Shown here one piece after another: positions 33,154-43,419 of a stretch of DNA of 64,000 nt. Numbering within the stretch: position 1 is the first letter of the stretch; the number at the start of each line of letters is the position of its first letter. The notes under the pieces were generated by a model. That model was not told where the DNA came from, did not search any database, and saw only the letters and a program-made list of their open reading frames with translations. Both the position numbers and the translations under genes were made by a program. The stretch covers positions 7,323-71,322 of the forward strand of contig CAMVEL010000007.1 in NCBI GenBank assembly GCA_947166565.1, given 5' to 3'. Source of the stretch: an uncultured Erysipelotrichaceae bacterium. Lineage in GTDB: Bacteria > Bacillota_I > Bacilli_A > RFN20 > CAG-826.

Positions 33154-33789
33154 TTAGTCGATTCTTTCGCCGACTAAAGCCATTCCAAGAATCACGTCGC
33201 TAGAAACGACCGGAGATTTTTTGCCGTCGTTGACCAACCTTAGAAAGTTGTTCGCGATGATGTCGGTTAGGCCCAACGCGATTTCCTTTGGATCTCCTGG
33301 GATGATTTTCTTCTCTTTTTGTCCTTGCTCAATAAGAACGCAGACGGTTTCGTAGAGGTTATTTTCCGAAATAAATGGAATTATGGTTTCGGGAACGTCC
33401 TCGATTTGGCTTGTTTGGCAAGCAAGCCAAGCGGTGTTGAAGACGCTTGGTCCGGCGGTCCACACGCTATTGAAGAAAGAGAGGAGGACTTTAAGCCCTG
33501 CTACTCCTTTGGCCTCAAGGGCTTTATGGCATGGGGCGTAATAAGAGGAAGGGACGATTATTTCGTCAACGATGGCGGCGAGAATCTCCGCTTTGTTATC
33601 GAAATAATGGTAGAAGAGTCCATGGGAGCATCGGGCGTCTTTGGTGATATCATCAACCGAGGCCTCGTTGTAACCCTTGGTGGCAAACACGCGGATTGCG
33701 GCACGAATTATCTTGGCACGACGACGGTCTTTGATTTGCTGATTCTGTTCATCTGTACGTGGCATGGTTGTTCCTTTTCTTGAAGTCAA
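33154..33789 (-). CDS. TetR/AcrR family transcriptional regulator
   Basis: The N-terminal HTH IIRAAIRVFATKGYNEASVDDITKDARCSHGLFYHYFDNKAEI matches the TetR_N signature. The likely start is the MPRTDEQ Met at about 33765. Confidence 0.8.
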   Translation of the reverse strand: MTSRKGTTMPRTDEQNQQIKDRRRAKIIRAAIRVFATKGYNEASVDDITKDARCSHGLFYHYFDNKAEILAAIVDEIIVPSSYYAPCHKALEAKGVAGLKVLLSFFNSVWTAGPSVFNTAWLACQTSQIEDVPETIIPFISENNLYETVCVLIEQGQKEKKIIPGDPKEIALGLTDIIANNFLRLVNDGKKSPVVSSDVILGMALVGERID

Positions 33790-33826
33790 TCAAAACAGTG
33801 CACCGAAAAATATAAAGGGTTTTATT

Positions 33827-33853
33827 TTTTTATCAACAATAAAATGGTTGTTT
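33827..33853. promoter_or_regulatory. Perfect 10-bp inverted repeat (AACAATAAAA-n7-TTTTATTGTT) in the tetR promoter region; candidate TetR operator
   Basis: Exact reverse-complement arms at 33827-33836 and 33844-33853. It lies about 40-60 bp upstream of the tetR start, between tetR and the upstream DUF368 gene. Confidence 0.4.
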
Positions 33854-33901
33854 TTATTGTTATTGTGCGCAACATACTATTCTTTGGGAAAACGGAAGGT
33901 C

Positions 33902-34885
33902 TCAATGGTTGGCTTCGGATTCGATTTCCTTTTCTTCCGGAGTCTGTTTCTTTAGGGTTTTGGACACAAGGAAAAGTGTCAACGCTCCGATAACGACAAA
34001 GAGTATTCCGCCGACAAGCCAGTGCCACCACTGATTTGTGACGGGGTTGAAATAGGCATCCCAGATTTGGTTGTTGATAAACATCGCCACAAGCGATCCA
34101 AGGACAAAGCCCAAAACGATGTTGAAGGTCGTATCATGAAATTTGGCGATAACCCGCTTCATTAATAATGAAGCCAAGACGATTCCGACGATGATACCGA
34201 CTAGCAAGCACGCGGTAAGGATCAAGCCGGTTCCAAGCCTGCTATGGTCACGAATCATGGACGCATCGCCCATATAAAGGTTGAGGACGGGTTGATAAAG
34301 GCCGAAGATGAAGAGAATCATTGCCCCGGAAATGCCGGGAATTATGCAAGCCCCCATCGCGATTAAGCCAATGACGATGGTCAAAGGATAAATCCAAACG
34401 TTTTCGTTTGGGGAAAGGAAGGCCGCTTCGATATCGAACCAGTTATAGATCTTAGAAAGAACGGAGAGCAAACCGATTCCAGCGGCAATCAGGAAGCCTA
34501 ATGCTATTAAGGCGAAATCCTTTATCCCAAGCGTGTGCGAGCGCACTTCCTTCAAGATGACCGGTAATCCACCAACGGTAAAACCGGCGCAGACCAAAAC
34601 GATTATGAATGGAACCTTATCCCAGGACAAATGCTCCAAATAGAGCAAGGCAATGCCCGCGATTAACCACCCAAGCATAATCGGTAGGAGAATCAAAATG
34701 GATTTCCAAAATTGCTTTCTTAGGGTGCTAACTCCCCCGATTAATTTGTCGTAAATACCAACCGTAATTCCGATTGTTCCGGCGCTAACACCAGGCAATA
34801 ATCCGATTCCTAGTGCGCCGCCTTTAATAAAATCTAATAACCAATTTTTAATTTTCATGGCAGGAAGCATAACACTAAAAGCCAT
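33902..34885 (-). CDS. DUF368-family polytopic membrane protein (possible polyprenyl-phosphate transporter family)
   Basis: 327 aa with about 8 TM helices and duplicated PG(V/I)S(A/G)G motifs (LLPGVSAGTIG, IIPGISGAMIL) characteristic of DUF368. Confidence 0.55.
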   Translation of the reverse strand: MAFSVMLPAMKIKNWLLDFIKGGALGIGLLPGVSAGTIGITVGIYDKLIGGVSTLRKQFWKSILILLPIMLGWLIAGIALLYLEHLSWDKVPFIIVLVCAGFTVGGLPVILKEVRSHTLGIKDFALIALGFLIAAGIGLLSVLSKIYNWFDIEAAFLSPNENVWIYPLTIVIGLIAMGACIIPGISGAMILFIFGLYQPVLNLYMGDASMIRDHSRLGTGLILTACLLVGIIVGIVLASLLMKRVIAKFHDTTFNIVLGFVLGSLVAMFINNQIWDAYFNPVTNQWWHWLVGGILFVVIGALTLFLVSKTLKKQTPEEKEIESEANH

Positions 34886-34917
34886 AAAGCGGTAGTTTGT
34901 GATACACTTTCCACGCT

Positions 34918-35460
34918 ATGAAAACAATTGTCCTTTATGAATCAAAATATGGCTCAACCGAGCAATACGCCAAAGACATCGCCAAAGCCGTTAACGCGGA
35001 ATGTATGCCTTTGAAGAAATTCCGTTTCAAAAACATCGAAGATTATGACACCGTCGTTTTTGGTGGATGGGTTAGAGGCGGGGTAATCCGCGGGATCGAT
35101 CAATTCCTCTCCCATTATGACGAGATGGAGAATAAAAACGTTATCGTTTTCGCGGCTGGCATGGCTATGTCCAATCCAGATACCCGTGCTTTATTGATTT
35201 CATCTAACTTGCTCGATATGTATCACATCAGGTTCTATCAGATGCAGGGCAAGTTTGATTATAGCAAGCTCAACCCTATTGAGAAGATGATGATCAAGGC
35301 CTCCATCACCCGTATGGAAAACGATCCAAACCTCGGTGATTTCGAAAAGGCAAACCTAAGCAGGATAATGGACACCCCAATCACCGGTTACGATGAGGAT
35401 TCGGTTCAAAAAGTGATACGTGTCCTCAATAAAATTTCGTTAGAGACCCCTCAAGCATGA
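34918..35460 (+). CDS. Flavodoxin-like protein
   Basis: 180 aa with the FMN-binding N-terminal motif MKTIVLYESKYGSTEQYAKDIA. It overlaps the pth start by 4 nt. Confidence 0.7.
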   Translation: MKTIVLYESKYGSTEQYAKDIAKAVNAECMPLKKFRFKNIEDYDTVVFGGWVRGGVIRGIDQFLSHYDEMENKNVIVFAAGMAMSNPDTRALLISSNLLDMYHIRFYQMQGKFDYSKLNPIEKMMIKASITRMENDPNLGDFEKANLSRIMDTPITGYDEDSVQKVIRVLNKISLETPQA

Positions 35461-36020
35461 AATTAATCGTCGGTTTAGGAAACATAGGTAAGAAATATGA
35501 GCACACCCGTCATAATATGGGTTTCGATGCTCTAGATGCCTTTGCCGAAATGGCAGGCGTCGATTTCGATCGTGAAAATTTCAAAGGAACCTACGGAATA
35601 TTGAAAAAGGAACCGTTCCCGGAACCCGTTATGCTTCTTAAACCATCGACTCTGATGAATTTGTCTGGCGAGTCCGTCAGGGCCGCGGTCGATTATTTCA
35701 AAATCGACATTGCCGATATTCTTGTCATCTATGATGATATGGACATCCCCGAAGGGAAAATCAGGCTTCGCCCAGATGGATCTGCCGGTTCCCATAATGG
35801 CATGAAAAACATCATCCTGCACCTTGGAACCGATGCTTTCAAACGATTGAGAATCGGAATCGGGGAACCCGCCTTCTCAGGAATCGATTATGTGTTAGGG
35901 AAACCTACCAAAGAAGGGCAAGAGAAGATAGATGAAGCCATAAAAGAAGCGACCCATGCTATCAAAGATTACCTTCTTAACGGTTGGGATTACGCGATGA
36001 ATCACCACAACAAGAAATAG
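35457..36020 (+). CDS. pth: Peptidyl-tRNA hydrolase
   Basis: 187 aa with the motifs MKLIVGLGNIG..Y..TRHN.GF and GSHNGMKNII. Confidence 0.9.
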   Translation: MKLIVGLGNIGKKYEHTRHNMGFDALDAFAEMAGVDFDRENFKGTYGILKKEPFPEPVMLLKPSTLMNLSGESVRAAVDYFKIDIADILVIYDDMDIPEGKIRLRPDGSAGSHNGMKNIILHLGTDAFKRLRIGIGEPAFSGIDYVLGKPTKEGQEKIDEAIKEATHAIKDYLLNGWDYAMNHHNKK

Positions 36021-36105
36021 GAGGGAAAAACCAACGGACTTACTTGGAGAGATAATTAGACTTCCAATTACCTCCCCCTATCGAAAAGGAAAGGGGCGTT
36101 TTCTC

Positions 36106-39100
36106 GTGGAGGAAAACCTCGGATGCCCCCTCCTTGTGGCCTCATTGTTCGCCAAAAGAAAAGAGAATTTCGCGATTGTTTCCAACAACCAATATTCAGC
36201 ACAGAGGACGTATGAATTTCTTTTGAATTTCTTTTCGGAAGACGAAGTCGTTTTCTTCCCTTCCGACGAGCTCCTTAGAGCGGAATCTTTAGCTTCATCC
36301 AGAGAACTTCTTTCCCAAAGGCTTTATGCGATGGGAAAACTCGTAACCGAAGGCCCCCATATATTGGTTACCCATCCTTCCGCTTTGTTAAGGTTCCTGC
36401 CGGAGAAGAAAAGATTCATTGAGGAATGCCGTCAAATCCATGTAGGGGATGAAATAGATTTAAAAACGATTAAATCCCAACTCGTGGAGATGGGCTATGA
36501 GTCGGTGAATAAAATTGAGCACTCTCTTCAGTTTGCTTCGAGGGGCGATATCCTTGATATCTACTCCGTTAATTACCTCTCCCCTATACGAATCGAGTTT
36601 TTTGGCGATGAAGTTGAATCGATCCGCCTTTTCGATGTTTCCACCCAAGAATCTAAATCGACTTTAAAGGAATGCCTGATTCTCCCGGCGACCGATATAT
36701 TCCTCAATGACGACGAAACGACAAATTTTGCTATTAAATTAAAGAAGCAAATCGATTTGGATAGCGAAAGGCTAGGCCCCGTCTTGGGCGAAAAGGAAAG
36801 AGAATCCTGCATGGCGGATCTCGAGTATTTCATTTCCAAAAACTATAAGCAAAACCTCTACAAGTATTTTGGGTTCGCCTTAGGAAAATCTAATTCGATC
36901 ATCTCTTATTTCGACCCCGAGGTCATATACGTTGCTAACGGTGACCAATTCAAGGAATCGACAACAAACCTGAACTTCGAAGCCCATAGCTACCTTGGTG
37001 AATATCATGAGGAAGGATTGACTTGTTCGGGCCTTGAACAATACATGACTCCTTCAGAAGCTTTTGGAAGCAGGAAGGTCGTGGCATCAAGGCCGTTTTC
37101 AACCTATCCCGATACCCAAATATTTAACGTCCACAAGATCGCGATCGTTGGGAGAAACATGGCTTCGATCGTCCCCACGATCCAAAGTTATCTTAGGCAA
37201 AACGACCATGTGGTTTTGGCTCTTTCCGAACCCCAGCAAAGAAAGACAATCATCTCTTTTTTGAACGATGCATCGATACCCTTCGAAGAAGTGAAAAACC
37301 TTGCAATTCCCAAAGAAAAACTTGGGATTTGCACGGTTTCTTTATCCGAAGGATTTGAAATTCCTGCGTTAAAATTAGCCTACCTTTCATCTAACGAACT
37401 GTTTGGTAAAAGGAGTGTCAGCTCACGTTTTACGACGAGGTTCAAAGAGGCCACAATCCTTAAATCATACGAAGACTTGAAACCCGGCGATTACGTCGTC
37501 CATGAATATAACGGCATCGGTCAGTTTATTGATGTTACAACTATCCTTGACGAAGGCATCCATAGGGACTTCCTCCAAATTGCCTATGCCGGAGGAGAGT
37601 ATCTTTACGTTCCCTTAGAACAATTTAGGTTGGTTCGTAAATATTCCGGTAGGGAAGGGGCCGCCCCTAAGCTTTCCCGCCTTTCGGGATCCGATTGGAA
37701 GAAACGCAAAGAAGGAATCAAAAAGAAGATCGACGATTTGGCCGATAGGTTGATAGCTTTGTATGGAACTAGGGCCAAAGAAGGCGGATTTGCCTTCCCT
37801 AAAGACGATGAATTCCAACGCCAATTCGAGGAAGAGTTCCCCTATGAATTGACCCGCGATCAAAAAGAAGCCCTTGTTGATATCAAGAGGGATATGGAAT
37901 CCCCCGAAGCCATGGATCGGCTTGTCTGCGGAGACGTTGGGTTCGGAAAAACGGAAGTGGCCTTCTGCGCCGCATTCAAAGCGATATCCGCGGGGAAGCA
38001 AGTTGCTATGCTTGCTCCAACTACTCTACTTGCTAGGCAACATTATGATGTAGCCATCGGGAGGTTTGCGACTTTTGGAGTAAAGATTGCTCTTTTCTCC
38101 AGAATGGTCTCTCCTGCCGAGCAAAAAGAGGCAATCGAAAAACTAAAGAACGGCCAAATCGATTTGGCCATTGGAACCCACCGTCTTTTATCTAAGGAAA
38201 TAGCCTTCAAAGACCTTGGTTTATTGATAGTCGATGAAGAGCAAAGGTTCGGCGTCGAGCAGAAAGAAAGAATCAAGGAAATTAAAAATCAGGTGGATGT
38301 CCTCACTCTTTCCGCCACTCCAATACCTAGAACATTGCAAATGTCTTTAGCGGGGATCCGCCCAATCTCGGAGATCAATTCCCCTCCTCAAGATCGCATG
38401 CCTATCGAAACGCACGTCGTCCCTTTCAAGGAATCCGTCGCCGATGAACTAATCCAAAGGGAGCTATCCAGGGGCGGACAGGTTTTCTATCTCCATAATA
38501 GGGTGGATAGCATCTTCGCGGTTGCCTCGAAGATGGCAAGACGCATTCAAGGCGCTTCCATCGGGGTGGTCCATGGACAAATGGAAAAAGAACAAATCGA
38601 AGACACCATGGAGAAGTTTTATGAGGGAGAAATCAATATATTGATTTGTACGTCCATCGTCGAAAATGGAATCGATGTTCCTAACGCGAATATGATTATC
38701 GTCGAAAACGCTTCTATCTTTGGGCTATCACAGCTTTATCAAATAAAGGGCCGCGTTGGCCGCGGCAACCGCATAGCCTATGCGTATTTGATGTATCCCC
38801 AAGGGAAAAACATGAACGAAAACGCGAGAAAACGTCTTTCCGCCATCCAGGAATTTACCGAATTAGGATCGGGATACAAAATTGCGCAACGCGATTTGAT
38901 GATTAGAGGCGCCGGCGACATTTTGGGTTCTGAGCAAGCCGGCTTTATCGATTCCATTGGTTTGGACCTTTACTTGAAGCTACTAGACGAAGCGGTTGCG
39001 AGCAAGAAGAGCGGTATATTGCCTCCGGAAGTTAAACCAAATCGCTTATTCCGATTGGATGCTTATATCCCAAAACAATACGCCTCCAAGTCAGATAAGA

Positions 39101-39501
39101 TTCAGCTTTACCAAGAATTGGAAGAGATTAAGACAATGGAACAATTGGGTTCTTTCCAGAAAAAGATGAAGGACATATATGGAAAATTGCCCGAGGAAGT
39201 CGTTTTGCTCATTACCAAAAAACGCATCGATATCCTTGGCGAAAAAGAGGAATTCGAATCCTTGGAAGAATATGATGACCGCGTCGTCATCTCCCTTTCC
39301 GACCACTTCTCGAGGATTGATGGAATCGGGAATGATCTTTTCAATTTGGTGGTTCCGTATCTTTCCTTCATCCGAGCGGGTTTTTCGGGAAAGAAATTAT
39401 CGATAACGGTTAAGAAGGTCAACGACGATTGGATCAACGATTTGGAAAAAGTCATGAAGGCCGTCGATAAGGCCTATCTAAACAGGACCAAAGCAAATTA
39501 G
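36106..39501 (+). CDS. mfd: Transcription-repair coupling factor
   Basis: 1131 aa. It has a UvrB-homology N-terminus, an RNAP-interacting domain, and superfamily 2 helicase motifs (GDVGFGKTEVA, DEEQRFGV, TATPIPRT). It sits in the canonical position after pth. Confidence 0.9.
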   Translation: MEENLGCPLLVASLFAKRKENFAIVSNNQYSAQRTYEFLLNFFSEDEVVFFPSDELLRAESLASSRELLSQRLYAMGKLVTEGPHILVTHPSALLRFLPEKKRFIEECRQIHVGDEIDLKTIKSQLVEMGYESVNKIEHSLQFASRGDILDIYSVNYLSPIRIEFFGDEVESIRLFDVSTQESKSTLKECLILPATDIFLNDDETTNFAIKLKKQIDLDSERLGPVLGEKERESCMADLEYFISKNYKQNLYKYFGFALGKSNSIISYFDPEVIYVANGDQFKESTTNLNFEAHSYLGEYHEEGLTCSGLEQYMTPSEAFGSRKVVASRPFSTYPDTQIFNVHKIAIVGRNMASIVPTIQSYLRQNDHVVLALSEPQQRKTIISFLNDASIPFEEVKNLAIPKEKLGICTVSLSEGFEIPALKLAYLSSNELFGKRSVSSRFTTRFKEATILKSYEDLKPGDYVVHEYNGIGQFIDVTTILDEGIHRDFLQIAYAGGEYLYVPLEQFRLVRKYSGREGAAPKLSRLSGSDWKKRKEGIKKKIDDLADRLIALYGTRAKEGGFAFPKDDEFQRQFEEEFPYELTRDQKEALVDIKRDMESPEAMDRLVCGDVGFGKTEVAFCAAFKAISAGKQVAMLAPTTLLARQHYDVAIGRFATFGVKIALFSRMVSPAEQKEAIEKLKNGQIDLAIGTHRLLSKEIAFKDLGLLIVDEEQRFGVEQKERIKEIKNQVDVLTLSATPIPRTLQMSLAGIRPISEINSPPQDRMPIETHVVPFKESVADELIQRELSRGGQVFYLHNRVDSIFAVASKMARRIQGASIGVVHGQMEKEQIEDTMEKFYEGEINILICTSIVENGIDVPNANMIIVENASIFGLSQLYQIKGRVGRGNRIAYAYLMYPQGKNMNENARKRLSAIQEFTELGSGYKIAQRDLMIRGAGDILGSEQAGFIDSIGLDLYLKLLDEAVASKKSGILPPEVKPNRLFRLDAYIPKQYASKSDKIQLYQELEEIKTMEQLGSFQKKMKDIYGKLPEEVVLLITKKRIDILGEKEEFESLEEYDDRVVISLSDHFSRIDGIGNDLFNLVVPYLSFIRAGFSGKKLSITVKKVNDDWINDLEKVMKAVDKAYLNRTKAN

Positions 39502-39563
39502 AAGCAAAATGTGCAAAATTCGATATACTAATCACATACCCTTAAAAGGGAATGTGGTAGAAT

Positions 39564-39824
39564 TTGGCCATGAGGATTGATAAATTCTTAAAAGTCAGCC
39601 GCCTCATTAAGAGGCGCGAAGTCGCAAAAGAGCTTTGCGATGGAGGCTTTATAGAGGTGAATGGGAAAACGGCAAAACCGTCCTCGGAAGTTAATCCGGG
39701 CGATCTTCTAACTTTGCACTTAGGCAGAAGAACGTTGACGGTTAAGATTAACGAAGTCCGCCCGTTTGCCAACAAAGATCAAGCCGATTCACTATATGAA
39801 GTCGTCAATGACTCAGTTAACTAG
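39564..39824 (+). CDS. yabO: S4-domain RNA-binding protein (YabO/RqcP-like)
   Basis: 86 aa with the S4 motif MRIDKFLKVSRLIKRREVAKELCDGGFIEVNGK. It sits in the canonical position between mfd and tilS. A TATACT -10 lies upstream at about 39523. Confidence 0.7.
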   Translation: MAMRIDKFLKVSRLIKRREVAKELCDGGFIEVNGKTAKPSSEVNPGDLLTLHLGRRTLTVKINEVRPFANKDQADSLYEVVNDSVN

Positions 39825-39835
39825 GAGGAACAACC

Positions 39836-41092
39836 ATGTTAGATCACAAATTCGATAAGAAAGCCACCTACCTCTTATCTGGAACCTTTGGCCCGGATTC
39901 AATGGCTTTGCTCGACATGCTCCGCAAAGAAGGCGTTACCTTCGTTGTTTGTTGCGTCAACTACCACAAATTCGATGCCTCCAATGATGACTTCAATCGC
40001 CTAAAGGATTATTGCGCAGAAAAGGAAATCCCTTTCGAAGGCTTTGATACCGATGGTCTTCCCGCCGCTTCCCAAATGAAGGAAAACGAAACCTTCAACG
40101 ATTGGGCGAGGCGCGTCCGTTATTCTTTCTTCAAAACCATTTACGATAAATATAATGCCGCGGCCCTTCTTATCGCCCACCAACAGGACGATTTGATCGA
40201 AACCTACCTCACCCAAAAAAGAGGCGATGGCAAAGTCGCCCATTATGGTCTAGCCCGTTCTGCGACCGTTGATGGGATGATCGTCCTTCGCCCGCTTCTT
40301 GATTTCTCCCATGAGGACCTAATCGACTATAACCATGAGAACCGTGTCCCCTTTTCCGCGTCAAACGATAATTTCCAAAACCAGTTTACCCGTTCGCCTA
40401 TTCGCCGCGAAATCGCCGCGATGAGTGAAATCGACCGTGAACGTATTCTCCAGGAAATGAGGGAGGAGAACGACGAAACCGAAAGGTTGACCGAAGCCAT
40501 CAACAAAAAGATCGATAGCGGAGAGGAATTAGAAATCCGCGCCTTGATCGCTCTTCCATATGATGAATTCGTCTCTACTTTGATGCGCTTTGTCTCTAAT
40601 GCGGATACCCCTGTCCACTTAACCGTTTCGAAGATTCAGGAAATCCGCAAATTCTGCCTTGCTCCTCAGCCAAACCTCTCCATGAAAGTGGCCGAAGGGG
40701 TTTATATCATCAAGGAATATGATGTTCTTACGATTGGTAGGAATTTCGACAAACTTCCATACACGTATCACTTAGATGCCCCTGGAATCTTGAAAACCGA
40801 GAATTTCGATATCGACTTTACGATGGGTGCGGAAGACCGTGGAATTCATGCGGAAGATTATCCTCTCACCATCAGAACCGCACTTCCTTCGGATACTTAT
40901 GAAGTCCATGGGTATCTATATACCGTCAGATCGCTTTTCTCCAATTGGAACATGCCAGTTCGTTTGCGTTATATTTGGCCGGTTTTCGCGAACAAAGACG
41001 GGAAAATCATCTATGTGCCACGTTACCGCATCAACTTCAGGGAATATCACACTTCCATTTTGACGATGCATTTGAAAGAGGAAGAAAAATAG
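39836..41092 (+). CDS. tilS: tRNA(Ile)-lysidine synthetase homolog with an atypical PP-loop
   Basis: TilS family motifs IAHQQDDLIETYL and RPLLDFSHEDLIDY..SASND...RSPIRR. It occupies the syntenic position yabO-tilS-ftsH. The ATP PP-loop reads SGTFGPDS instead of the canonical SGGxDS. Confidence 0.7.
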   Translation: MLDHKFDKKATYLLSGTFGPDSMALLDMLRKEGVTFVVCCVNYHKFDASNDDFNRLKDYCAEKEIPFEGFDTDGLPAASQMKENETFNDWARRVRYSFFKTIYDKYNAAALLIAHQQDDLIETYLTQKRGDGKVAHYGLARSATVDGMIVLRPLLDFSHEDLIDYNHENRVPFSASNDNFQNQFTRSPIRREIAAMSEIDRERILQEMREENDETERLTEAINKKIDSGEELEIRALIALPYDEFVSTLMRFVSNADTPVHLTVSKIQEIRKFCLAPQPNLSMKVAEGVYIIKEYDVLTIGRNFDKLPYTYHLDAPGILKTENFDIDFTMGAEDRGIHAEDYPLTIRTALPSDTYEVHGYLYTVRSLFSNWNMPVRLRYIWPVFANKDGKIIYVPRYRINFREYHTSILTMHLKEEEK

Positions 41093-41169
41093 AAAGACAA
41101 AACTTGTCTTTGCCGTATAATGGCCGAGCATCGACATTTTTAGAAACAGTTTAGAAAGGAGGATCATGT

Positions 41170-43374
41170 ATGAACGATGGAAAACAACCTAAAAGAAGCA
41201 TAATTGGCTTCATTCTCCCCTATATCATTACCGCCGTCGGCATTTTCCTTTTAATTTGGTTTTTCACCAGAAATCTATTTGGTGGGCCCGATATTGGTAG
41301 GCTCAATACTTTTGATGAGGATTTCCTCGGTTATAGTTTCGTCAAAGGCGAGGGCGATACCGTCAAAGAAAACTACTCCGAATATGGAATCATCAAAAAG
41401 CGTATCTACACTGCGGTTGTCCGCGAAGGCCAAAAGACCGTTTATGTTAGTGGCTCCTATTTCGATGAGAATCAGAATTCCAAAGCTTATACCGTTCAGA
41501 TTGAATCCGCTAAATTCAACGAATCCTTTGAAACGGTGGTCAAAATTGACGGCTTTTCCACGCCTGTTACTGTTACCCACCAAAGCTATGCTTCTTTGTT
41601 CCAACTTCGTACGGTTGAAGCTAAGGCCGCTTTCCCCAAGGCCGATACTTACTATGCGGTTGAAGACGCTTTCCAAGTAAGTTTCTGGGAAGCTTGGGGC
41701 CCAACGATACTTTATGTTGGTATCACATTGCTTATAGCAATATTCATTATCGTTAGAATGAACAGAATGGTTAATGGCGCCAATAGCGGAGCTATGACCT
41801 TCAATAAATCCCCCGCAAGGCGAGCGGATAACACCAAGGTTCGTTTTGATGATGTCGCTGGATGCGATGAGGAAAAGGCCGAAATGGTCGAGCTCGTTGC
41901 TTATCTAAAAGATCCAAAGAAATTCTCCCGTTATGGCGCGCGTTTGCCTAAGGGCGTTTTGATGATTGGTCCTCCAGGAACCGGTAAAACCCTTTTGGCT
42001 AAGGCGGTTGCTGGCGAAGCCGGAGTTCCTTTCTATAGCATTTCCGGTTCCGACTTTGTCGAGATGTATGTTGGCGTTGGTGCGGGGCGTGTGCGCGATT
42101 TGTTCCGTAAAGCCAAAGAAACCGCCCCTTGCTTAATATTTATTGATGAAATCGATGCCGTCGGTCGTCAACGTGGCGCTGGCTTAGGCGGAGGCAACGA
42201 CGAACGCGAGCAGACCCTTAACCAGTTGCTAGTTGAGATGGATGGTTTTGAGGCTAACTCCGGTATTCTTGTCATCGCCGCGACAAACCGTGACGATGTC
42301 CTTGATCCGGCTTTACGTCGTGCAGGTCGTTTCGACCGCACCATTACGGTCTCTTTGCCAGACAAAGATGGGCGCGAAGCCATCCTTAAAGTCCACGCTA
42401 GAAACAAAAAGATTGACCCATCCGTCGATTTTGCTGCTCTTGCTAAGAGAACCGTTGGTTTCTCAGGCGCCGACCTTGAATCTATTCTTAACGATGCGGC
42501 CATTTTGGCGGTCAGGGGCAACAAACTAAATATCGGCATGGCTGAAATCGATGAGGCCATTGATCGCAGGATTTCCGGCCCAGCCAAGAATTCTCGTTCT
42601 ATGTCTGAACACGAGAGAAAACAAATCGCCTACCATGAGGCAGGTCACGCCGTTATCGGAATCCATGTTCCTTATAGCGATAAAGTTCAGAAGATCACCA
42701 TTGTCCCGCGCGGCAACACAGGTGGGCATGTCTTGATGACCCCCGAGAACGATCGCTTCCTCATGACCAAGAATGAGTTGATAGCCCGTATCACCGGTTA
42801 TTTAGGTGGACGCACCTCCGAAGAGATTTTCTTTAAGGACGTCTCTACAGGGGCGAGCAACGACATTGAAGTCGCTACCAGGATTGCACGCGCGATGGTT
42901 ACCGAATACGGTATGTCCGACTTAGGCCCAATCCAGTATGAAAGAGATACTGGTTCGGTCTTCTTAGGAAGAGACTATGCTTCGACTCAGAAGAACTTCT
43001 CCACTCAGGTCGCTTTCGAAATCGATAAAGCTGTTCGCGAAATTGTTGATTCCTGCCACGAGAAGGCTTTCGAAATCTTAACCCAATATAAACACGAAGT
43101 TGAGATGATCGCCGAGACCCTTCTCGATAAGGAAACCATCACGGCAGAAGAGGTTGATTACCTTGTTAAGAACGGTCATTTGCCTCCGGTTGAAAAACCT
43201 GTTGTTGAACCAGAAAAACCTGCAGAAACTGAATTAAAACCAGAAAACGCAGAGATTTCTGAGGAAAAACCTGTTCAAAAAGAAGAGGGTGAAACCGAAA
43301 AGGCTGCCGATGAAGTTCCCGCGGAAAAAGCAGTCGATAATCCTCCTTCCGAAGAGGGCGAAAAACCAGAATAA
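41170..43374 (+). CDS. ftsH: ATP-dependent zinc metalloprotease FtsH
   Basis: 734 aa. It has AAA+ motifs [18 protein letters not shown] and FIDEIDAV, an SRH region, and the zinc motif HEAGHAV. The SD aaaggagga lies 7 nt upstream. It has a long (~145 aa) extracytoplasmic loop and an acidic, Pro-rich C-terminal tail. Confidence 0.95.
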   Translation: MNDGKQPKRSIIGFILPYIITAVGIFLLIWFFTRNLFGGPDIGRLNTFDEDFLGYSFVKGEGDTVKENYSEYGIIKKRIYTAVVREGQKTVYVSGSYFDENQNSKAYTVQIESAKFNESFETVVKIDGFSTPVTVTHQSYASLFQLRTVEAKAAFPKADTYYAVEDAFQVSFWEAWGPTILYVGITLLIAIFIIVRMNRMVNGANSGAMTFNKSPARRADNTKVRFDDVAGCDEEKAEMVELVAYLKDPKKFSRYGARLPKGVLMIGPPGTGKTLLAKAVAGEAGVPFYSISGSDFVEMYVGVGAGRVRDLFRKAKETAPCLIFIDEIDAVGRQRGAGLGGGNDEREQTLNQLLVEMDGFEANSGILVIAATNRDDVLDPALRRAGRFDRTITVSLPDKDGREAILKVHARNKKIDPSVDFAALAKRTVGFSGADLESILNDAAILAVRGNKLNIGMAEIDEAIDRRISGPAKNSRSMSEHERKQIAYHEAGHAVIGIHVPYSDKVQKITIVPRGNTGGHVLMTPENDRFLMTKNELIARITGYLGGRTSEEIFFKDVSTGASNDIEVATRIARAMVTEYGMSDLGPIQYERDTGSVFLGRDYASTQKNFSTQVAFEIDKAVREIVDSCHEKAFEILTQYKHEVEMIAETLLDKETITAEEVDYLVKNGHLPPVEKPVVEPEKPAETELKPENAEISEEKPVQKEEGETEKAADEVPAEKAVDNPPSEEGEKPE

Positions 43375-43419
43375 ACAGCTTGGCCAACGGGTAATCTGTT
43401 GGCCTTATTTATATAGAGC

